Part shown: positions 30,116 through 38,651 of the stretch, one piece after another
How positions within the stretch are numbered: the first letter of the stretch is position 1
Layout of the letters: each line of letters begins with the position of its first letter
Assembly: GCA_963665665.1 (NCBI GenBank)
Contig: OY762428.1
Span: 2,336,001-2,400,000, forward strand
Source: Candidatus Kapaibacterium sp.
Lineage (GTDB): Bacteria; Bacteroidota; Ignavibacteria; Kapaibacteriales; UBA2268
DNA: 64,000 nucleotides
Direction: 5' to 3'
Notes under the pieces: model-generated
What the model was told of the DNA's origin: nothing
Seen by the model: only the letters and a program-made list of their open reading frames with translations
The model's database searches: none
Position numbers and translations under genes: made by a program

Positions 30116-30336
30116 GATCTCCGTATCCCGACACAAATCAGGGTAGGATTTCCCAATTCTCTTTACTTTCGGATAAGATATCCGAAAGAGCCCGGGCTTC
30201 ATATTTACTTTGCATTTGTTTTACCTTCCCAAGCAGGGGCTTGGGAAGGAGATAAAATATCAACTCAACCAAACTTATTACTTATCAAGACTTTATAAAA
30301 AAACTCATCCGATGGCCTAAAGCCATCGGATGAGTT
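30116..30336. repeat. REP mosaic
   Basis: 30116-30191 is an inverted homolog of 990-1066; TTCCCAAGCAGGGGCTTGGGAA; hairpin at 30302-30336. Confidence 0.8.
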
Positions 30337-30364
30337 AAAAGTGGTTAGATATTTTCAGGAAATA

Positions 30365-30865
30365 TCAGCTTAATTTCTCAATTATTTCTTTGTGAACGGG
30401 GAAAAGTTTAAGAAGCTGTTCCCTGTTTCCCAATTCAAAATCATTGAAATCAAATCCGGGAGCAACAGTGCATCCAACGAGTGAGTAAGATTCCCTTTCA
30501 ACCGGCTCGGCTGCAAACCAGCTACCTGCTTTGATAACTAATTGAAGGTCATGGCGTTTTTCCGGATCATTGCCAAGGAGCAATTCCGAATAGTTGCCTT
30601 CAGGGCTTATCTGGTACAAGCGAACGGGGCTTCCGTAATAGAAATGCCAAATCTCATCGGATTGCAGCCGATGAAACTTCGAGCATTGTCCGCTTTTAAG
30701 CAGAAAATAGATTGACGTTGAAAAACTATGTTCAGTATTGTATCTTTCGGGAAGGGAATCTGATGAAACAGTTTCGGCAGAACGATATATTTCATTGAAA
30801 TATCCTCCTTCAGGATGGGGCTGCAATTGAAGTTTTTCTATCCAGTAATCGAATGATTTCAACAT
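30365..30865 (-). CDS. Cupin_5 (DUF985) protein
   Basis: PHPEGGYF, TSIYFLL, FHRLQSDEIWHFY, GCTVAPGFDF. Confidence 0.93.
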   Translation of the reverse strand: MLKSFDYWIEKLQLQPHPEGGYFNEIYRSAETVSSDSLPERYNTEHSFSTSIYFLLKSGQCSKFHRLQSDEIWHFYYGSPVRLYQISPEGNYSELLLGNDPEKRHDLQLVIKAGSWFAAEPVERESYSLVGCTVAPGFDFNDFELGNREQLLKLFPVHKEIIEKLS

Positions 30866-30908
30866 ATAAATTCTTCTGTTAATTTAAAAAATTTGCCTGT
30901 CGGGATAT

Positions 30909-31322
30909 TTATAAATAATCTTTTTCTGATTTTGTCCATATTCCGGATATCATTGGCGCTCTTAGTGTGCAATCATCTTTATTTACCATAATGGTTAGAA
31001 CAGAGTTGTTTATCTGGAATATATAAAGGTTGTCATCATCGCCGCAGTCACTGTCTTCTATAAGCTGAATGCTGTTGTTGTCCACGAACTCGAACTTTGC
31101 ATTCGATGAAGTATGGCCTGTATTTTCACCAATAGGTTTCCAGAACATTTCCATATCTTCGGTAAATTCAATTGAAGCATAGAATGTAACGCCCGAACTG
31201 TCTGTTATTGATCTTGTCCAATATCCGTACAGAGGGCTTTTATCAGCATCATCATCCTGGCAGGAGGATAGAAATACAACTAATAATAAGGCTGCAAGAA
31301 CTCCGGTTAGTATTTTTTTCAT
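30909..31322 (-). CDS. Hypothetical lipoprotein (lipocalin-like)
   Basis: Lipobox LSSC followed by LYGYW. Confidence 0.7.
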   Translation of the reverse strand: MKKILTGVLAALLLVVFLSSCQDDDADKSPLYGYWTRSITDSSGVTFYASIEFTEDMEMFWKPIGENTGHTSSNAKFEFVDNNSIQLIEDSDCGDDDNLYIFQINNSVLTIMVNKDDCTLRAPMISGIWTKSEKDYL

Positions 31323-31529
31323 AAGATCACCTGTTTATTGTAATTCATGGTTAATTATATAATCTAAAATAAAGAAAAAAAATTATCAGTTAAAATCAAA
31401 CAGAAATTTTTATAAAAGAATTTATCCCCTGCTGCTATTATAATATTTCTTTTTAAGGATATTTTTTATTATCTTTTTGTTAATTGTAGATCATTACGGG
31501 GATGACTTGTCATTGAATTAATATTGAAT

Positions 31530-33761
31530 ATGAGCAAACAAAAATTTATTATCGTCTGCATATCATTATCATTAATGATTATTGAGCTTGTCTGGACCAG
31601 GATATTCTCGGCTGAATTTTTCTATACATTTGCATTTCTTGTTCTGTCGCTGGCTGTATTTGGTTTAGGGGCCGGCGCTTTAACAATCAGATTGTTCAGA
31701 ATAACAAATGATTCGGCAAACTGGATATACCTTTTATTATCGGCAACGTCGATTATTATAGGGCCTGCCCTGATATTCCTGATTCAGCCGGAATTTACAA
31801 AAGCCTTTGCTTCGGGCACAGAATTATTAAAAACTATTGTATCCGTATTTGTTCTTTCCCTGCCTTCGTATTTCGGGGGCATATCATTATCACAGATATT
31901 CAAAAGCAGCCCGGGCAGGCTTCCGGGGCTGTATATGGCCGATATGATATCAGCCGGAGCGGGAGTGATTTTTGCCGTATTTTTCATGCAGTATTTTCAA
32001 ACTCATTATACAGCTTTCATAGCGCCGCTTCCTCTTTTACTGGCATCATTTATTATGGCTAAGGGATTCAGGAAATTCTTCCCGGTGATCCTGTCTGCTA
32101 TCAGTATTGTGATGATGATAAATTCTCAAACTATTCTTACCCTGCCAGGCCGGGACAAAGCGCCGGTAGAGCACAGGCACTGGGATGCCATGGCAAAAAT
32201 CAAGATTTATAAATATAATGAAGATTACAAAGGCCTGATAACTGACAATCATGCTTCTTCAACAGTTATCGGATTCAATGGCGATTTCAATGATCCTGAA
32301 TTGAAGAATTATAATTTCTTCGGAGCGGATTTTGGCTATCTTGTCCGGAGATTTGATAATTGCAAATTTCTTGCCCTCGGGGCAGGTGGCGGAAAGGACG
32401 TGATGCACGCACTTGTTGAAGGTGCTGCCGAAGTGCATGCAGTAGAAGTTAATCCATACATAAATTATCTTTTAACTTCCGGGCGGCTGGCATCATTTAC
32501 AGGGAATATTTACAAAGATCCGCGAGTAAAGGTTATTACCGAGGACGCGCGTTCATATATCCGCGGCAGCGACCGCAAATATGATATAATATTTTCTTTC
32601 AGTTCAAATACTTATGCAGCTCTTGCCTCGGGAGCCTTCGCCCTGGCCGAAAACTATATATATACAAAAGAAGCCTTTGTTGATTACTGGAATGCTTTGT
32701 CGGATAACGGCTTTTTGGTAATTGAGCATCATTACTATGTGCCAAGGCTTCTGTCGGGAATGCTTGAAGCCCTCGGGGATTTAGAAATAGCGGATTACAA
32801 AAGGCATTTTGCTGTTTATGGTATGCCGGAATGGAACAGGCAGCTGATACTTCTATCAAAAAAACCGCTTGATGCTGAAATACTGAAAAATGCACTTGGC
32901 GGGCTTGGCAGTAAGAATTTCGGAATTTATCTTATATACCCCGGCCCTCCGAACCTTGATAACCATATTATTAACAGAATAATAAGGGACGGATGGGAAA
33001 AATCATCTGAATATGCCGGTTTTAAAATTTCTCCTTCCACCGACGACAGCCCTTTTATACCGCAGCTTGGATTGTGGGAAAACTTTTCTTTAGAACAACT
33101 TGCAAATATTGAGGAGTTTTCTGAATTTCTCGGATTTCCGCTTGCATATACCGTTATCATAACAATTTTGGGAATTTCCATAATAATTATGATGCCGCTG
33201 AACCTTATACCATATTTTCGGCCCGGACCAAAGCTCGGTATATTCCAATGGATTTATTTTTTCCTGATAGGTGCGGCTTTTATGGGAGTGGAAGTTGTTC
33301 TGATCCAGAGATATACCTTGCTGATAGGGGTTTCTGTTTACAGTACCGTTGCAGTTTTGATGGCGATGCTTGTAATATCAGGCCTGGGAAGCCGTTTTTG
33401 TGAAAAATTCAATTTAAAGTATGCTCTTTCGATAATAATATTGTTATTGTTGTTCGAAACAGCTATAGCTCCGGAGATAACTTTGCTTTTTGCCAGGTCG
33501 TCAGTATCCGTTAGAATTCTGGCATCAATATTATTAATATCGCCATTATCATTCTTCATGGGAATGCCTTTTCCGCTTTTTGGCAAAAATACAGGGGAAT
33601 TAATCGATTGGGGATTTGCCGTAAACGGAACAGCATCTGTTATCGGTTCGGCTCTTGCCGTTTTTATTTCTATCTCGTGGGGATTTTCAGTTGCATTGAT
33701 ATTTACTGCTCTTTTGTATACATTAGCATTCGTAATTATATTTACCAGAGTTGATAAATAA
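31530..33761 (+). CDS. Membrane-embedded spermidine-synthase-like SAM-binding protein
   Basis: N- and C-terminal TM bundles; LYMADMISAGAG, LGAGGGKDV, AVEVNP, EDARSYI, TDDSPF, FAVNGTASV. Confidence 0.8.
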   Translation: MSKQKFIIVCISLSLMIIELVWTRIFSAEFFYTFAFLVLSLAVFGLGAGALTIRLFRITNDSANWIYLLLSATSIIIGPALIFLIQPEFTKAFASGTELLKTIVSVFVLSLPSYFGGISLSQIFKSSPGRLPGLYMADMISAGAGVIFAVFFMQYFQTHYTAFIAPLPLLLASFIMAKGFRKFFPVILSAISIVMMINSQTILTLPGRDKAPVEHRHWDAMAKIKIYKYNEDYKGLITDNHASSTVIGFNGDFNDPELKNYNFFGADFGYLVRRFDNCKFLALGAGGGKDVMHALVEGAAEVHAVEVNPYINYLLTSGRLASFTGNIYKDPRVKVITEDARSYIRGSDRKYDIIFSFSSNTYAALASGAFALAENYIYTKEAFVDYWNALSDNGFLVIEHHYYVPRLLSGMLEALGDLEIADYKRHFAVYGMPEWNRQLILLSKKPLDAEILKNALGGLGSKNFGIYLIYPGPPNLDNHIINRIIRDGWEKSSEYAGFKISPSTDDSPFIPQLGLWENFSLEQLANIEEFSEFLGFPLAYTVIITILGISIIIMMPLNLIPYFRPGPKLGIFQWIYFFLIGAAFMGVEVVLIQRYTLLIGVSVYSTVAVLMAMLVISGLGSRFCEKFNLKYALSIIILLLLFETAIAPEITLLFARSSVSVRILASILLISPLSFFMGMPFPLFGKNTGELIDWGFAVNGTASVIGSALAVFISISWGFSVALIFTALLYTLAFVIIFTRVDK

Positions 33762-34089
33762 ATATAGAATAGATAATTATCAAATATTTCGGGGTATTAA
33801 TTGAGGATTATATGTGCATATATATGCAATAAGAAAATGTATTTCATGTCGTGATATTCGTGACATGAAAAAAAAATAAAAAAAATTTAAAAACAGAGTA
33901 ACTTTTATGTCTTTACCCTGTTAGAATATTTTTGAAGGAAAGTTTAAAAAAAAACGGGTGATTATATATATACATTTTTTTTTCAGGAAATATTTTCTTA
34001 TTATTATCTTCGGTATTTTGATAAAAACTATGAGGCTAATTAAATTGAACTTTATCACCAATAAATTATTCTATTTTGAAGGAGCTTAT

Positions 34090-37000
34090 ATGAAATCAAG
34101 AATTACAGGATTTCTGATGGCTTTCATGGCGTTAATATTGATGGCTCAGTCTGGTGCTCAGGCAAGCGACAATATTGACATGAAAGAGATCAAAAAAAAT
34201 CTACAGGAACTTTTAGGTGCGAATAATGTGGGGAAGGAATTCTGGATTTCCAATCCGCCATGTTACGAGGAGACTGCCGGTAACAACTTTGTTAAAATCT
34301 TTATAACATCACCTGTTAAAACACAGGTTATCGTTGAAGTGCCCGGCAAAGGTTTTTACAGAAACCAGATGACAATTCCAAATGATGTTATTCAGTTTGA
34401 TATTCCCCCGTCGATAGGCCAGGTAATATCAAAGGGTGTACGTGAAGTACCTGCACCTGAGGAAGTGTATATTGGCGCCGGCGTTCACATCTACGCTGAT
34501 GACCCTATTGTTGTTTATTGTGTTGTTCGTTTCCAGGCTACAAGTGACGGTTATCTTGCAATTCCTGTTTCAGCACTCGGTAAAGAATATATCGTGGCTG
34601 CATACGAGGAAGATCCGATGTTCAAAGCCGTATGGAGCGATCATTTTCCGTCAACTACATGTATTGTGGCTCCGCATGACAAAACAAGAGTTACTTTTAT
34701 CATGGGAGGTAACGGTTTTTCGAAAACAGCAGGCGGACTTAAACCGGGCGATGCTACTACAAAAACCCTTAACAAAGGTGATGTATGGATGTTTATGTCC
34801 TATGGTGACGGTGTAAATGCTGACCTTTCAGGCAGCCGTGTTTTTGCAGATAAACCTATCGGAATGGTTTCAGGTAACCAGTGTACAAACATTCCAATCG
34901 GAAACCAATGGTGTGATTATACAGTTGAAATGCAGCTCCCAACAAATGTTTGGGGCAAGCACTACCATGTTGCCAAGGTTCCGGGCCGTAAATTCCCCTC
35001 TATTATCAGGGTTTTCGGTAAGGAAGAAAATACTGACATTTTCCGTAACGGTAACAAAGTTAGTGAAGTAAAAACTGTTGGTGGGGTTATTGGTAAGGGC
35101 TATCAGGAAATGCGTATGGGGCCGTTTATCGAAAACCAGAACAAGTCCTGCGTTATATCCGGTGACAAACCAATTGGTGTTACACTTTATAACTGTGGTG
35201 TGCAGGAAGACGGCTATCCACTTCCAAACTCCGATCCGTTTGTTGAAGTGCAAACGCCTATTGAGCAGTATCAGGATGAAATAACCTTCTGTACTCCTGC
35301 TACATTTGGCGGCGACTTCTTTATGGAGAACTACCTGAATGTTGTTTATGAAACCGACGAATCAGGCGTTATTCCTCCCGATCTAATGTATGCTGAAGTA
35401 TCCGGCGGAAGGTATGAATGGATCAAAGTAAGGGACAAATTCCCCGGAACCGGCGAATTATTTACTTACGACGTTGACGGCAGGAAATTTGGTACTCACA
35501 CACTGACACTTCCAACCGTAGGTGTGTTCAAAATTAAAGCAGACAAACCATTTGCTGCTTATTCTTATGGTTATGACTGGTGTGATTCTTATGGTTATCC
35601 CACATCAGCCGCTCTTGCAGATCTTGAAAAACCCGATACTATACCGCCGGCTCCGGAATGGACTATGGAATGTGATGGAAATGTGAATGCTGACGGTAAA
35701 ACATTAGTTACAGATTATCCTGACGATGAAGAAGTAAGGTCTAACCTTGCAAAAATTATTTTCTTCAGGGATAGTTCTGATAATTATGACTTATGGTACA
35801 ACGAATTTATTCCGGGTGTTGATTGGGTAACTGAATGGGGATTGAATATTCTTAATCCTGAAGAAGATGCCAGAGCTTTGATCGGCTTTACTGACCGTCG
35901 CGGTAATGATACTATTCTTGATATCAGGTATTATGCCGTGAAGCTGGACATTATACCCGAAGAATATGACTTCGGCAAGCTTAAATTGAACGAAGAAAGA
36001 GTTCATGACTTTAAAGTTGTTAATAAAGGAGAGGGCGACGTTCATATAGTTGAACTTAAGCTTAAATCCAACGACCAGAATTTTGAATTGATGGATTATT
36101 CATTACCGACAGTACTTCCTGCCGGTGGAGAAATGCCATTTAAAGTTAAATTTACGGGCGTTGAACCCGGCTATTTCAAAGATTCTATCGGTGTTGGCGA
36201 TACCTGTTTCTTCTGGTATAAATCGTTTGTTGAAGGATCTGTTGGCGAACCTGAAATTAATGCTGACGACTGGGATTATGGTGATGTTCGCGTTGCTACA
36301 AGTGTAAATCACCAGTTCAATGTGTGGAATACCGGTTCTTCACAGCTTGTGATTACAGGCTATTCCGGCCCGACTAATTCGGTTTATCAGCTTACTGATA
36401 TGATCGAAATCAGCCCGGACAATCCATTGATCCTGGAACCTGGTGTGGAAAATGGTTATAAGTTTAATGTCCGATTCACACCGGATGCTGTTCAGGCTTA
36501 TCCTGACCAGATAATCTTCCACAGTGATGCAAAGGCTGTTGACAGTATAAATGTTATAATGGGACGCGGTATTGCACCGGGGCTCATAGCTAACAGCTAC
36601 GACTGGGGCAGGAAAAGAGTAGGCGCAGGGCCTTATGACTACGAAGGCGACGATTATAATCAGGTTATTACTCTTCGGAATGACGGTTCTGCACCTGTTA
36701 AGGTTTATGATATTGTAATCGAATCCGATTATGAAAATCGCGGTGGAGCCTTTGACTTCGACAGAAATGCTTTCAAAAATATAACCATTCCCAACGGTGA
36801 TTCAATTATAGTACCTGTAAAATTCGACCCGCAGGTAGTTGGACTTCATGAATTACAGATCAGCTATAATAATGATGCTGATTCTGAAACTAAAACAACT
36901 CTTAAAGGTGTTGGTATTCGTCCGAAAATTGCTACTAATGATGTTGATTTCGGTACAACACTTGTAGATGCACCGACTCCGAATATTGGCGACAGGAAAG

Positions 37001-38481
37001 TATTCTTTAAGAACACTCCCTGGACTGATCCTGTTGACGGGCTTGATGTTTCTGATGAATTAACTCTTACAGGTTTCAGAATTGATCCTGCAAATGGTAT
37101 TTCTGATGATGCTGCAAACCGTGGTTCACAGGGATTCCTGTTCGACAGGAACAATATCGATCATTCTGAGGATGGCGTTGTTTCATTGGATAATCCGATT
37201 GTTCTTCAGCCGGGTGATTCAATTGAAATAGTTGATCCTGATTTCGTTGCACAGTTCAACGGAGCACATCAGGCAACAATTGAGTCTATTACAGACTGTC
37301 TGGATGAAGCTTTATCCAAATGGACCGGTTATGGTATCTCTCAGGGTATTACTGCCCGCGGAGGATCCTCGAATATTTGTATCTGGGAAGAAGATATAAT
37401 CACATGCGAAATTGAAAATACAGGCGATGCTGATATCCAGGTTACTTCGCTTTCCTTCGAACCTGATACATATTCAGAATTCCAGTTTGTTAACCCGGGT
37501 ATTGCAGCAGGATTTAATATCACTCCGGGCGAAATAGTAGAAGTTCAGGTCAGGTACGTTCCTACAGTTCCGATGCCTGAAACAACAGTTGAGCTGGTTG
37601 TTGAAAATAATTCCTTAACAAATCCTGAAGTAAGAACTGACATTGTTGGTTCAAGTGTTCATTACGACAGAACTACTTCTTCGGGTGTGACATCAGGCAA
37701 GAGCGGTACAGCAGGAGTTTATGAGATCAATGAATTGTTCAAATATGCTATCATGCTTGATAACAATGGTGCTGACAATAATCATCAGCTTGCAAGTGTT
37801 TACGAGATGGACGTAGTTATTCAGTACAAAAATGATTTCTTTGATTTGCCGCCGAATGACGATGATGCCATAAGCCTTGGTTCTGATTACGAAAATGGTT
37901 TCAGGATTAAAGACGGAACACTTAATGTTGGAATGACCGGCCCTGATAATACTATTAAACAGATCAGCTTTACTATCGAATCAGTTGATGGCGATCAGAT
38001 TATGGTTCCCGGACAGCTTGTTTCGATTAATTTCTGGACATTCCTGCCATCATATAATGAAGAGAATGAAGGAATTGACATCAAGAGGAAAACAGTTGAA
38101 ATCACTCACATGGTGACTGCTCCGGATACAAGATGTGTTGATTATACGTCTGAACCTATTGATGCTACATTACTTCCCGTATGTGTTAATGATATGCGCC
38201 AGGTAGTATTCGGCGATGTTGATTTCACAATGAAAATTAATCCTAACCCGGTTGGCTCAAATGGCGCTGATGTTGATTACAGCGTTGGCCTTAGCGGATA
38301 CACTGAGATTAATATTGTTAATTCAGCTGGTAATATAGTTGATACGCCTGTAGCAAAAACACTTTCATCTGGCAACTACTCATTCAGGCTGCCAATTGAT
38401 AAACTTCCTTCAGGTGTTTATATTATCAGGATGAAATCAGGTCAGTTCGAGAAAAACCAAAAACTGGTTATTGATAAATAA
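34090..38481 (+). CDS. IgGFc-binding-domain protein with ASH/Ig-like repeats, T9SS cargo
   Basis: GKEFW, TSDGYLAIPVSALGKEY, DLSGSRVFADKPI, SYGYP; repeated DFG..V-x-N-x-G units; CTD INPNPV..SGVYII; SD GAAGGAG. Confidence 0.85.
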   Translation: MKSRITGFLMAFMALILMAQSGAQASDNIDMKEIKKNLQELLGANNVGKEFWISNPPCYEETAGNNFVKIFITSPVKTQVIVEVPGKGFYRNQMTIPNDVIQFDIPPSIGQVISKGVREVPAPEEVYIGAGVHIYADDPIVVYCVVRFQATSDGYLAIPVSALGKEYIVAAYEEDPMFKAVWSDHFPSTTCIVAPHDKTRVTFIMGGNGFSKTAGGLKPGDATTKTLNKGDVWMFMSYGDGVNADLSGSRVFADKPIGMVSGNQCTNIPIGNQWCDYTVEMQLPTNVWGKHYHVAKVPGRKFPSIIRVFGKEENTDIFRNGNKVSEVKTVGGVIGKGYQEMRMGPFIENQNKSCVISGDKPIGVTLYNCGVQEDGYPLPNSDPFVEVQTPIEQYQDEITFCTPATFGGDFFMENYLNVVYETDESGVIPPDLMYAEVSGGRYEWIKVRDKFPGTGELFTYDVDGRKFGTHTLTLPTVGVFKIKADKPFAAYSYGYDWCDSYGYPTSAALADLEKPDTIPPAPEWTMECDGNVNADGKTLVTDYPDDEEVRSNLAKIIFFRDSSDNYDLWYNEFIPGVDWVTEWGLNILNPEEDARALIGFTDRRGNDTILDIRYYAVKLDIIPEEYDFGKLKLNEERVHDFKVVNKGEGDVHIVELKLKSNDQNFELMDYSLPTVLPAGGEMPFKVKFTGVEPGYFKDSIGVGDTCFFWYKSFVEGSVGEPEINADDWDYGDVRVATSVNHQFNVWNTGSSQLVITGYSGPTNSVYQLTDMIEISPDNPLILEPGVENGYKFNVRFTPDAVQAYPDQIIFHSDAKAVDSINVIMGRGIAPGLIANSYDWGRKRVGAGPYDYEGDDYNQVITLRNDGSAPVKVYDIVIESDYENRGGAFDFDRNAFKNITIPNGDSIIVPVKFDPQVVGLHELQISYNNDADSETKTTLKGVGIRPKIATNDVDFGTTLVDAPTPNIGDRKVFFKNTPWTDPVDGLDVSDELTLTGFRIDPANGISDDAANRGSQGFLFDRNNIDHSEDGVVSLDNPIVLQPGDSIEIVDPDFVAQFNGAHQATIESITDCLDEALSKWTGYGISQGITARGGSSNICIWEEDIITCEIENTGDADIQVTSLSFEPDTYSEFQFVNPGIAAGFNITPGEIVEVQVRYVPTVPMPETTVELVVENNSLTNPEVRTDIVGSSVHYDRTTSSGVTSGKSGTAGVYEINELFKYAIMLDNNGADNNHQLASVYEMDVVIQYKNDFFDLPPNDDDAISLGSDYENGFRIKDGTLNVGMTGPDNTIKQISFTIESVDGDQIMVPGQLVSINFWTFLPSYNEENEGIDIKRKTVEITHMVTAPDTRCVDYTSEPIDATLLPVCVNDMRQVVFGDVDFTMKINPNPVGSNGADVDYSVGLSGYTEINIVNSAGNIVDTPVAKTLSSGNYSFRLPIDKLPSGVYIIRMKSGQFEKNQKLVIDK

Positions 38482-38514
38482 GCCTGTATTTCACAGAATT
38501 AATTTCTGAATTTT

Positions 38515-38547
38515 GGGCCTCATTTGATTATGAGGCCCTTTTTTTTG
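38515..38547 (+). terminator. Intrinsic terminator
   Basis: GGGCCTCAT/ATGAGGCCC stem plus T-run. Confidence 0.85.
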
Positions 38548-38651
38548 CATAAAACCGAAACTTTTGTAAATTCTGCTTGTTAAGATTAATATATTATTAT
38601 AGATTTATAGCTATAATATTTTAGAATTTTGGGATTACTCCCGGAGAATAT

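Noticed and set aside
27642-30336. Integron attC sites around the T9SS gene
   Set aside because: AAC..GTT ends are present, but the hairpins are only 35 bp, lack the GTTRRRY core and extrahelical bases, and no integrase is visible
33842-33870. Palindrome TTTCATGTC..GACATGAAA as an operator
   Set aside because: Single occurrence; cannot be distinguished from a minus-strand terminator
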